A stretch of DNA of 64,000 nt, from IMG/VR virus record IMGVR_UViG_3300031993_000006, positions 160,001-224,000 of that record; one strand, 5' to 3'. This stretch comes from a virus. Taxonomy: Duplodnaviria; Caudoviricetes. The notes below the pieces were generated by a model. That model saw nothing but the letters and a program-made list of their open reading frames with translations. It made no database searches and had not been told where the DNA came from. Below are positions 21,593 to 30,338 of this stretch, in pieces. A program made the position numbers and the translations under genes. The number at the start of each line of letters is the position of its first letter. The first letter of the stretch is position 1.

Positions 21593-22445
21593 GTTTTTTC
21601 TGCGATATGAGAACGCCTTCGGGCGTATAAAGTGTGACCCGAAGTGGAATTCGTTCTATTTGAACGGAAACAAGATGCTCGGCGTCACTAAGTTTGTGGG
21701 TAGTTTCATCCCTCCCTTTGATGAAGCGAGGGCTTCCATTAGTACGGCCAAGAAATGGTCAGAGAATCAGGGCCGCGAGGTCACTCCGGAAGAAGTCATC
21801 CAGGCTTGGCACCATAAGAGGGATGTGTCGACTAACCTTGGAAATGCTGTTCACGGATATATTGAAGCGGCTCTGCAGAACAAGCCGTTTGCATATCCTA
21901 AGGATGCTATAGCAAAGGCGTTCCCGAATGATACGACGGACCCGGTTCGTGAAAAGTACGACAGCATCATCAAGCAGGTCAACATTTTCCGGGAAAATTC
22001 CCGCGGAAAGTTGATTCCGGTTAAATCCGAAGCGGTTATCGGTTCTCCAAAGTATCAGGTATGCGGCCTAGTTGACCAGATTTTCTGGAATGAGACCGCG
22101 AAGGAATTTCAGATTTGGGACTGGAAGACTAACGACAAGATGGATAGGTCTTCAAGTTATAAGTTTAATCCGCCATTCGATACGACTTTGGATAACTGCG
22201 ATTACCATAAGTATTCAATGCAGCTTACGCTGTACAAGAAGATATTTATGGAAGAAACCGGTATTCCAATCGGCCATTGCTTCCTTTGTTGGTTCTGCAG
22301 TGATATTCACCCGACTGAAGGCGGTCCGTTGGTGGAACATCCGGCCCAGTTCATTCCGATTAGGGAATTTAATGCTGAAGCTGACCAGATGCTCACGATT
22401 CGTGCCCGTGACCTCGGTATAGTTGACCAGGGGAGCGTATTCTAA
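21585..22445 (+). CDS. PD-(D/E)XK exonuclease (RecB/Cas4-like phage exonuclease)
   Basis: GNAVHGYIE, KSE, CGLVDQIF, IWDWKT, YSMQLTLY. Confidence 0.8.
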   Translation: MHEFFLRYENAFGRIKCDPKWNSFYLNGNKMLGVTKFVGSFIPPFDEARASISTAKKWSENQGREVTPEEVIQAWHHKRDVSTNLGNAVHGYIEAALQNKPFAYPKDAIAKAFPNDTTDPVREKYDSIIKQVNIFRENSRGKLIPVKSEAVIGSPKYQVCGLVDQIFWNETAKEFQIWDWKTNDKMDRSSSYKFNPPFDTTLDNCDYHKYSMQLTLYKKIFMEETGIPIGHCFLCWFCSDIHPTEGGPLVEHPAQFIPIREFNAEADQMLTIRARDLGIVDQGSVF

Positions 22446-22756
22446 TGGATGCGGCTAAGATTGAAGTCATAAAGAAATCCTTTACACCTGAACAGGCGGA
22501 AATCTTTAATATCTTGATGGGCGATAAGGAAAAGCTCCATCAGGAATGGCTCCTGTGTAACAATTTGTATGCCAAGTGCGCAGCCGTAATTAACGCCCCT
22601 ACTACGGGTCCGGAAGTGCGGCTCGTATTGCGTAAGGCTTCGACGGATTACTGGAGCCGCCGTAGGCTCGACCTCGAGCGTACGATGGAGGAACTCGGGA
22701 TGAACGATACTCTCGTCGAATGGCGGAAGGAAATCGCGGATGCCAAGAAAAAATGA
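22445..22756 (+). CDS. Hypothetical protein
   Basis: Coupled ORF (TAATG). Confidence 0.65.
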   Translation: MDAAKIEVIKKSFTPEQAEIFNILMGDKEKLHQEWLLCNNLYAKCAAVINAPTTGPEVRLVLRKASTDYWSRRRLDLERTMEELGMNDTLVEWRKEIADAKKK

Positions 22757-23201
22757 ACCCATCGGTGAAATCGATGTCGAATTGCTTGTTGCCGGTCAGC
22801 CGACGGTAAACACCGCCGGCAAGCCCGGAAATATTTATTCCCTTGCGCTACTCGAGAAGATTGCCAACGACATTAATGAGAAAGGTGTCGATATCGAGGA
22901 AGTCGCCCCTGCAGACCGGTACCACGCAAAGATTCCCCTGTGCTTCCCGTGGAAGGAAAGGGCTATGGCTGAGTCTACCAAGGCGGTCGTCGAGGACGGT
23001 CGCCTCAAGGTACACTTCAGTATTCTTGGAAACCGGTATGGCAACATTTTAAAGAAGACTATCGACAATAATAATGTAATTTATAAACCGGTGGGGAAGG
23101 GGAATGTAGTTCCGGAAAAGCCTGGGAACCCGACCTCGAACAATGTTGTGACTGATTTTGAAATCTACTATGTCACATTTGAGGTGCTGAAGGATGGCTA
23201 G
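22740..23201 (+). CDS. Hypothetical protein
   Basis: Operon-packed ORF with AAGGA RBS. Confidence 0.65.
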   Translation: MPRKNEPIGEIDVELLVAGQPTVNTAGKPGNIYSLALLEKIANDINEKGVDIEEVAPADRYHAKIPLCFPWKERAMAESTKAVVEDGRLKVHFSILGNRYGNILKKTIDNNNVIYKPVGKGNVVPEKPGNPTSNNVVTDFEIYYVTFEVLKDG

Positions 23202-24303
23202 ACTTAATGTAATAGCAAACTATAATTGCGATACTAAGACATTTGACAAGCGGAATGTTTTTTCGATTCAGGGAGTGTGGGATTGCCCTCCCATTGTTTC
23301 CTGTTTCTACGGGACGCTTGGGCTGATGAGCGGATTTATGAACCGTAACGGGGCGCACCCCGGAATCAAGTCGATTTGTCCGTTGACGCTTGCTGTGGAC
23401 GGCCCGTCGGAAAATCTTACTGCGCTTGCCCAGAAAATAGGTACTCTCGATAGCGATTCGGTCTATACGATGTTTCTCGATGAAAGTACTGTTGGCTTTA
23501 TGCTGACGATGGAAGAAGTGTTCCGGGTAAATATCGTGATTAATCGGGTTGGTGAAGGCTTTGAAAAGGAATTGCCTGCTTGCCGTGGATGGAAAGTTGT
23601 CGACCATAAAGATACTATGGGCGGATATTCGGTGTATACTTTGGAAAAAGATGCCGATGCTAAGCTTGGCGATGATGCGTTCAATCTTGACATCGATGCG
23701 CTTGAAAAGGAAATGAACCGTCCCGGTATAGCTGACCTTACTCCGGAATCGATAGAAAGTATCAATGAAATATTGAAGACTACCGAGGATGCATGGGTTG
23801 TATTTAAACGATACAACCGTGATATGATGGCATTCTTGGCGAATACTTCGGCTCCGGATGACAATGGCGAGTTCGGTGACGGATACGATGGGTGCCTGGA
23901 AGGTGGTGCTGAGGGCATGGAAGGCATTACTGATGATACGAGGAATACTCCGGCTTCTCTCGCTTTGGTCATAATATTGTCTAATACCCTTAAGCGACAG
24001 GCTGATATGGTCGTGGGAAACCGGAAGAGGATATGCGAATTGGCCAAGACTGTCGGTGCTCAGGGTGATGCAATTAAGGATATGAGTAAGAAGTTTGGCG
24101 AGTACGACCAGGTGGTATCGGATGCTTTCCGTAAGTTTGAGGAAGAGCAGGGATTGAAAAAGCAGTTTGACGAGGAGCGTTTGAGCGGTTTGACGAACCA
24201 GATAAGCCTCCTTGCGATGGAATTGCGCATCAAGTCGTGGACACCGGCGGTGTGTGCGGTAATATCCTTGGTTCTTCTTGCGGTATTCCTGTTCCTTAAA
24301 TAG
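23194..24303 (+). CDS. Hypothetical protein with coiled coil and C-terminal TM helix
   Basis: C-terminus AVCAVISLVLLAVFLFLK. Confidence 0.7.
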   Translation: MARLNVIANYNCDTKTFDKRNVFSIQGVWDCPPIVSCFYGTLGLMSGFMNRNGAHPGIKSICPLTLAVDGPSENLTALAQKIGTLDSDSVYTMFLDESTVGFMLTMEEVFRVNIVINRVGEGFEKELPACRGWKVVDHKDTMGGYSVYTLEKDADAKLGDDAFNLDIDALEKEMNRPGIADLTPESIESINEILKTTEDAWVVFKRYNRDMMAFLANTSAPDDNGEFGDGYDGCLEGGAEGMEGITDDTRNTPASLALVIILSNTLKRQADMVVGNRKRICELAKTVGAQGDAIKDMSKKFGEYDQVVSDAFRKFEEEQGLKKQFDEERLSGLTNQISLLAMELRIKSWTPAVCAVISLVLLAVFLFLK

Positions 24304-24330
24304 GAATACATTGCATTCCGTATATTTCGG

Positions 24331-24355
24331 GTCCGTCCTTCGGGGCGGACTTTTT
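24331..24355 (+). terminator. Intrinsic terminator
   Basis: GTCCGTCC-TTCG-GGGCGGAC-TTTTT. Confidence 0.85.
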
Positions 24356-24360
24356 GTCGT

Positions 24361-24375
24361 ATAAACTACGGAAAA
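24361..24375 (+). promoter_or_regulatory. Putative late promoter motif
   Basis: ATAAACTACGGAAAA immediately after the terminator. Confidence 0.65.
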
Positions 24376-24391
24376 AGCAAAGGAGGCCGCA

Positions 24392-25291
24392 ATGAGCTTG
24401 GCGTCTGACATTTTAGCTGGATATAAAATTCCTATCCGTTCGATGGCCGAGGCATTCGAGGGTGCATGTAATCTGTTGCTCGAGGCGACCGATACCACGG
24501 TAACCGCCACGCCGAACAACCAGACTCAGAATCAGGCAAACAATACGGTTTCCGTGAATGTCGGTAATGTCGTGCAGAGCCAAGAGGGTTCGACTATTGG
24601 CGCTCAGATGGCTAATGCTCAGGCGACGGCAAAGAAGGTTGCTGCCGCTGAAAAGACTTTGAATGACAATAAGCAGGTTCTTAATAATCAGATATCCGAT
24701 TTGCGAGATACCTTTGCTATTGCAAGCGAGGAAAATTCACCGGGAACCACCGCGACTTCCCCTACTTCGACGACTACGGCATCCACTAACACGAGTACGA
24801 AGCTAACCGAGAATAGCCAGTTCATGCCGGCCTCGGCCACCCGTCAGACGCCGGCGATAGACTACAAGGGCTTTATGCATACTGTTCCTCACGCCGCAAG
24901 TGGAACTAACCAGCCGGATGTCTGCCCGGCACAGGTCGGCGTCATAATCAATTCAGGGGCTACCCGCGATACCGGCGAGGAAACCACTAGGCAGAAGTGG
25001 GAACCGCCCGAGTTCGCCCAGTTCAAGCCGGGTGAGCTGAATGCAGCCTTGATGCACGGCAAGGTCGGCCCGACTCCCCGTCCGGAGAACTTCAACAGTT
25101 ACAACGGGGCTACCGTGGATGACCTGAAGGAGCACGGGCAGGAGAACCAGAAGGACCCGCTCTTTATGGGTGTACCGAACTGCACCATGCCGATGCGCTG
25201 CGGTTATACCATTACCAATCCGTTGAACGCTAACGGGGTCGATGTCGGGTATGCCGACGGTGGCTCCGCGGGAGGTGCTGCAGGTGGCTAA
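24392..25291 (+). CDS. Low-complexity late protein, possible internal head protein
   Basis: GGAGG RBS; T/N/Q/A-rich; AFEG and LLEA motifs near the N-terminus. Confidence 0.6.
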   Translation: MSLASDILAGYKIPIRSMAEAFEGACNLLLEATDTTVTATPNNQTQNQANNTVSVNVGNVVQSQEGSTIGAQMANAQATAKKVAAAEKTLNDNKQVLNNQISDLRDTFAIASEENSPGTTATSPTSTTTASTNTSTKLTENSQFMPASATRQTPAIDYKGFMHTVPHAASGTNQPDVCPAQVGVIINSGATRDTGEETTRQKWEPPEFAQFKPGELNAALMHGKVGPTPRPENFNSYNGATVDDLKEHGQENQKDPLFMGVPNCTMPMRCGYTITNPLNANGVDVGYADGGSAGGAAGG

Positions 25292-25559
25292 GAAGAAGGC
25301 TAGGGCGAGTCTCTGGACGCTGTTCAAGCGCCTGATGCGCTCGCTGAAGATTTTCAACTGGAAGAACGAAATCGCGCTGACCAACATCGCGATGTACATA
25401 GTTTTGTACAAGGTAGCCGTTACAGATATGGATGAAATGAGCATTGGCGAGGTGGCTACCGCGATGAGCGTACTCGGGCTTTACCTTGGGAAGAAGGTGC
25501 TCAACAAGGACCGCCCAATCGAACGGGTCAAGGACGAGGAAGGAGGCGAAGCGCCATGA
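25284..25559 (+). CDS. Putative holin (about 91 aa, two hydrophobic segments)
   Basis: GTG start after GGAGG; basic N-terminus, two hydrophobic stretches, charged C-terminus. Confidence 0.45.
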   Translation: MAKKKARASLWTLFKRLMRSLKIFNWKNEIALTNIAMYIVLYKVAVTDMDEMSIGEVATAMSVLGLYLGKKVLNKDRPIERVKDEEGGEAP

Positions 25560-26242
25560 ACAAGACGATGATTAATTGGATTCTCGGCATACTGATTGCG
25601 GTGCTTGCATTTGCTACCGTGGATGCTTTTCGTGTTTCGAGGCAGACTAATGCGACCAATGTCGAGTATGCTACCCGGATAGACGAGCTTACCGAAGCGC
25701 GTCATCTGGACAGTGTTGCCTACAGGTTGAACTTGGAAAGCATGAAGGCCGAATACGAGTCCCGTCTACAGGAAAAGGATTCGGTATACCGGGTAGCCAC
25801 ACAGAGTACCTCCACTCACAAGACGGTAATTCGCACTGTGTACAAGGACAGTATCCGCGAGGTGTATACCGAGAACACCGAATCGGTAGCTTATTACGAG
25901 GAGAAGATTGCTACCCTCAGGGATTCTCTCGGCAAGGCCCTCGCACAGAAGGACGGGGTTGAAGTCCAGTATGTCGAGAAGATTATCCGGGACACTATCT
26001 TTGTATATAAGACTGCAAAGGACAGCTCAGTCGCAACCAAGACTGAGATAGTGAGGCCCGCCCAGGGGAAGCTCGGCGTGTTCGTCGATGGGCATGCGTC
26101 CTATGGGAAGGACGGGTTCGGCTATGAGGCTACCGGTGGCGTCAAGTACCACATACTGGAACCTCTTTACCTGAAGGCCGGCGTACAGTACGACGGGGAC
26201 ATCCGTGGCGTTCTCGGGGGCGGCATAGAATTCCGTTTTTAG
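25556..26242 (+). CDS. Spanin-like protein: N-terminal TM, coiled coil, C-terminal amphipathic beta strands ending in Phe
   Basis: WILGILIAVLAFA; helical middle; GVFVDGHASY/FGYEATGGVKY/LYLKAGVQY/VLGGGIEFRF. Confidence 0.5.
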   Translation: MNKTMINWILGILIAVLAFATVDAFRVSRQTNATNVEYATRIDELTEARHLDSVAYRLNLESMKAEYESRLQEKDSVYRVATQSTSTHKTVIRTVYKDSIREVYTENTESVAYYEEKIATLRDSLGKALAQKDGVEVQYVEKIIRDTIFVYKTAKDSSVATKTEIVRPAQGKLGVFVDGHASYGKDGFGYEATGGVKYHILEPLYLKAGVQYDGDIRGVLGGGIEFRF

Positions 26243-26321
26243 GCATATAACACATACGGTTCGGATATGGCAACGGCAATTTGCTATATTTGTAATAGTA
26301 TCGAGGAGTTGAACAAGTTGA

Positions 26322-27623
26322 ATGAATAAAGCAGAGCGACATGTCTATGCGTGCAGCTACTCGTTGCCATTCAAGGGCAACGAGGTTATCCTGAGCGCGA
26401 TGCACAAGGCAAAATCGCTCTACAATGCGACATTGTGGCATTACCGGCAGGCACTCGACGAACACCATAAGGCCAAGGAAGAAGGCCGAGACCCGCTCAC
26501 CGAATATCCCGACTACTACAAGATGGAAAGGAAGTTCCGCGACGAAAGGCAGATTAACTACTTCTCCCTTCCACAGAAGGTAAGCCAGCAAGTGCTTCGC
26601 GACGTTCAGTCGGATTGGAAGTCCTATGTGGCCCATGTCGTAAGGAACAAGTCTTATCCGCCGGGAAGCCCGGAAAGAAAGGAGCAGGTAAACCCGCCGA
26701 AATACAAGTACCGTGACGGATATGCTAGGTTGAGGTACACAAAGCAAGCGATTTCGTTTGTAAAATACCCCGGCAAGGCAACCCCTAGCGGGATAGATGT
26801 CGGGCTTGTCATACCTCCATTCATCGACCCAAAGAAAATACAGCAGATTGACATAGAGCCGGACGGTGCCGACTATATCCGAGTGACATTCATCTACAAG
26901 GTCGAGCTGTGCGGCCTCCTTGTTGATAACGGACGTGTCATGGGCATCGACATGGGTGTCACTAACCTGGCGACGTGCGGGACGAACGTTGGCCGCGGTA
27001 TCATCATTAACGGACGGCCAGTGAAATCAATCAATCAGTTCTTCAACAAGAGACTGGCTGCATTGAAGTCGGAAAACGACATTCTTCTTAAAAAGGAGAA
27101 CGAACGGAAAGTACAGACACAGAGACATCGTATCACAAGGAACATGGAGAGGCTCTTCAGAAAACGCAAGTACAAGATAAAGGATTACCTGCACAAGGCT
27201 GCATGTCGCATATTCGACTTCGTAGCGGAAAGCGGCATCACCACGATAGTGGTCGGAAAGAATGTAGGCTGGAAGCAAGAGTGTAACATGCAGAAGCAGA
27301 ATAACCAGAACTTCGTACAGATTCCGCATGCCAGATTCATCGACATGCTCGCCTACAAGGCGAGGGAACGAGGTATCGCATTTCTCACTGCCGAGGAGTC
27401 GTATACTTCCAAATGCTCCTTCGTCGATGGCGAGGAATTGTGCCATCACGATAAATACGTCGGTCAAAGAATAAGAAGAGGACTGTTCAGGACATCGAAG
27501 GGAATCCTTGTCAATGCAGACCTGAACGGGGCGCTCAACATAATAAGAAAAGTAATCCCCAATGCATTCGCTGAGGGGATAGAGGCGGTTATAGTTCCGC
27601 CACTACGTGCTATTGTCGCGTAA
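26322..27623 (+). CDS. tnpB: Free-standing TnpB RNA-guided endonuclease
   Basis: KSLYN, RuvC-I MGIDMG, DYLHKA, IVVGKN.GWKQ, EESYTSKCS, RuvC-III NADLNGALNI. No tnpA nearby. Confidence 0.9.
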   Translation: MNKAERHVYACSYSLPFKGNEVILSAMHKAKSLYNATLWHYRQALDEHHKAKEEGRDPLTEYPDYYKMERKFRDERQINYFSLPQKVSQQVLRDVQSDWKSYVAHVVRNKSYPPGSPERKEQVNPPKYKYRDGYARLRYTKQAISFVKYPGKATPSGIDVGLVIPPFIDPKKIQQIDIEPDGADYIRVTFIYKVELCGLLVDNGRVMGIDMGVTNLATCGTNVGRGIIINGRPVKSINQFFNKRLAALKSENDILLKKENERKVQTQRHRITRNMERLFRKRKYKIKDYLHKAACRIFDFVAESGITTIVVGKNVGWKQECNMQKQNNQNFVQIPHARFIDMLAYKARERGIAFLTAEESYTSKCSFVDGEELCHHDKYVGQRIRRGLFRTSKGILVNADLNGALNIIRKVIPNAFAEGIEAVIVPPLRAIVA

Positions 27624-27661
27624 GCAAACCAGTTTCATTATTTTCTTTTAAAGTGGAAACT

Positions 27662-29776
27662 ATGATTACTTTTATCGAATATTCCAAAATTGTAGAAGCC
27701 ATGGGCGAATGGGCCAAGACCTACGCGGCTGGCGAGAATACGGTCCCCGATACTGTCTGGGACCATAACCTTGTACTTATCAAGGAGTTCGAGGCGGCCA
27801 ACCCGTCTTTCATCCTTGCGACCTCTCCGACTCGTCATGTCGAAGATGGCGCCACGGGATTCCGTAAGGTAAAGCACGATATCCCGATGATGTCCATCGA
27901 GAACTCGAACGGTATCGAACAGACCAAGGAATGGGCGAACGGTATGTTCAACGATGGCGTTAAGGCTTTTGAGGCCGAGTATAAGATTGATGGTCTCAGT
28001 CTCGCGCTTAAGTATAAGGAAGGCGTCCTTGTGGACGCGGTGACACGAGGTCAGGATAATGTCGGCGACTCCGTATTTGAGAACGCTCTTCGTGTGCAGG
28101 GGGTGATAAAGAAGATTCCTCTTGCCGACGAAGCCGAAATTCGCGGTGAAGTTGTCTGGAAATATGCAGACTTCGAACCGTACAATGACAAGCTTATCAC
28201 CGAAGGCAAGAAGGCGTTTGCAAATCCGAGAAACGGAGCGTCCGGTACTCTTAAGCTCCACGACCCGGATGAAGTCGAACGCCGTAAGCTTTCTTTCATC
28301 GGTTACTTGATTGTTAAGGGTTCCCCTAATCGTTACCAGACGGATGATATCAAGACGCTTGAATCGATGGGCTTTGAAGTGCCGGAACATCACACGGCTA
28401 CGAACTTGGATGACCTCGTTAAGTATGCCGAATCGATGCGCGAACGCCGCTTTGAGCAAGCATATCCGATTGATGGTGTCGTGCTGAAGGTCGACGATAA
28501 GGATGACCAGCCGCGTTTTGGCCGTGCAACCAAGTCCCCGAACTATTTCCGCGCATATAAGTTCCCTCCTGAAGAAAAGGAGACCGAACTCGTTGATGTC
28601 GTGCCGTCTATCGGTATGTCCGGCGCGAATACTCCGGTCTGCATCGTCAAGCCGGTGCAACTTGCGATGACTACCGTTACTCGTATCACCGGTCATAACT
28701 GGGATACAGTGGAGTACCTCGGGTTGTACAAGGGTTGCCATGTGGTAATCCGCAAGGGTGGTGAAATTATTCCGGACTTGGTAAAGTGCGTTGAAACGGG
28801 CCGTTCCAAGGACAGTTACGATGTCGAACGCGAACTCTGCGACAAGAACAAGATTCCTCATGTCAGCCCGTGGGTTCCGACGACTGAAGAAGAAAAGGCT
28901 CGCGAACGCTATATTCGCCCGGCGACTTGCCCGTGCTGTGGCAAGCCACTCAGATGTGCTGTAAACTCTGAAGGAAAGGAATTGGTCAGCTGGGTATGCA
29001 CTAACGAAAACTGCCGTGCTCAGATTGGCGGTAAGCTCGCAAATTTCGTGGGCCGTGAATGCATGAACATCATGGGTATCGGGCCGAGTATCATCGAAGA
29101 CTTGCTGGTTGCCGGAAAACTTACCTTCTTCGACGACTTCTATCATCTTACGATGCAGGATTTTGTCGATGCTTGCGGAAAGCGTGAATCCGGCGCGAAG
29201 AAACTTGTTGCCGCAATCGAGAAGTCCCGTGGCAATTATCTTCATCAGCTCATTGAAGGGTTCTCGATTTCCGGGCTCGGCCACCAGGCTGCCCCGGCGG
29301 TAGCCGACTGTGTTGACCAGGTGGGCGGCCTTGCTGCACTTGCATCGCAGGACGCCGAGTATGTTTCCGAGGTGGCGGGAAAGTTCCGTGACCTCGCCGA
29401 TACCAAGGGCGTATCCAAGGAACTTGTCGATAAGTTCCTTGACTTCATCTGGAGCAACGGGGAGCGCATCCGCGAACTCGTGATGCTTGATGTGGCACAG
29501 AAGGTGAAGCCCGTGGTGTCTATGAAGCTTGCCGGCAAGGTATGCATTATGACGGGAACATTCGACGCCCTCGCCCGCGATGTGTTCAAGAATATGGTTA
29601 CCGAGAATGGCGGTACCATCTGTGGCTCTATCACCAAGAAGTGCAACCTTGTGCTTATGGGTGACGGCGCCGGTCCGGCAAAGAAGGCAGCCATCGAGAA
29701 GCTGACCCGTGCAGGCCAGAAAATCGATGTGTACACCCCGGAAACCCTCCAGCAGTTCCTCGACTTGCTGAAGTAG
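27662..29776 (+). CDS. ligA: NAD-dependent DNA ligase
   Basis: EYKIDG, TRG, EIRGEV, NPRNGASG, IDGVVLK, AYKFP, Zn finger CPCC..C..C, HhH and a C-terminal BRCT. Confidence 0.96.
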   Translation: MITFIEYSKIVEAMGEWAKTYAAGENTVPDTVWDHNLVLIKEFEAANPSFILATSPTRHVEDGATGFRKVKHDIPMMSIENSNGIEQTKEWANGMFNDGVKAFEAEYKIDGLSLALKYKEGVLVDAVTRGQDNVGDSVFENALRVQGVIKKIPLADEAEIRGEVVWKYADFEPYNDKLITEGKKAFANPRNGASGTLKLHDPDEVERRKLSFIGYLIVKGSPNRYQTDDIKTLESMGFEVPEHHTATNLDDLVKYAESMRERRFEQAYPIDGVVLKVDDKDDQPRFGRATKSPNYFRAYKFPPEEKETELVDVVPSIGMSGANTPVCIVKPVQLAMTTVTRITGHNWDTVEYLGLYKGCHVVIRKGGEIIPDLVKCVETGRSKDSYDVERELCDKNKIPHVSPWVPTTEEEKARERYIRPATCPCCGKPLRCAVNSEGKELVSWVCTNENCRAQIGGKLANFVGRECMNIMGIGPSIIEDLLVAGKLTFFDDFYHLTMQDFVDACGKRESGAKKLVAAIEKSRGNYLHQLIEGFSISGLGHQAAPAVADCVDQVGGLAALASQDAEYVSEVAGKFRDLADTKGVSKELVDKFLDFIWSNGERIRELVMLDVAQKVKPVVSMKLAGKVCIMTGTFDALARDVFKNMVTENGGTICGSITKKCNLVLMGDGAGPAKKAAIEKLTRAGQKIDVYTPETLQQFLDLLK

Positions 29777-29867
29777 AAAAAATATAAGCAAATATAGCCT
29801 TCACGGTTTGGAGATTTTGCTATATTTGTAACATAAGGCGAGAGACGGTGACGCCATCGAGCCTTAC

Positions 29868-29940
29868 GCGGGAGTAGCTCAGTTGGTAGAGCGTCGCCTT
29901 CCCAAGGCGAATGTCGGGGGTTCGAGTCCCCTCTCCCGCT
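29868..29940 (+). tRNA. tRNA-Gly(CCC)
   Basis: Canonical cloverleaf; anticodon arm TCGCC-TTCCCAA-GGCGA; no CCA. Confidence 0.95.
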
Positions 29941-29946
29941 CTCTAT

Positions 29947-30278
29947 AAAGTTGGCATTGACGCGTAGCGTCCCATAAGTGACTGGCCAAATAGTGTCGTG
30001 GGGTCCTGCCGACCGAAGCGATGCTTCCCTTAGGGAGTCCGTGGATTCAGCAATGGATTTGCGGATTACTTATGGAATGGTAAGTCGGACATAGGATTGC
30101 ACACTGCACTCTAGCAAGGTGGCGTCCTGGTGGTCGTGCTTGACGGTGTTATGGCCCTGCCGAAAGGTGGAACGCGGCTATGGTGCTGTTGTGCGGTTGA
30201 TGTACTGAGCGACCCCCCGCGGTTGTGAGAAGGTCCGAAAATCTGACAAGCCGGACGCTACGTCTCAATGCCAACTTT
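29947..30278 (+). ncRNA. Unclassified 332-nt structured RNA closed by a roughly 25-bp stem
   Basis: 29947-29972 pairs with 30253-30278 (14 + 10 perfect bp). Internal helix CATAAGT/ACTTATG; GCAA- and GAAA-capped hairpins. Confidence 0.75.
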
Positions 30279-30338
30279 TTGCTATATTTGAGTAGAGCGC
30301 TAAAAAAAGCCTCTACTTTTTTCATATATAGGAATATT

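Noticed and set aside
29947-30278. RNase P RNA or full tmRNA identity
   Set aside because: The size fits, but the P4 consensus and tRNA-like ends are missing.
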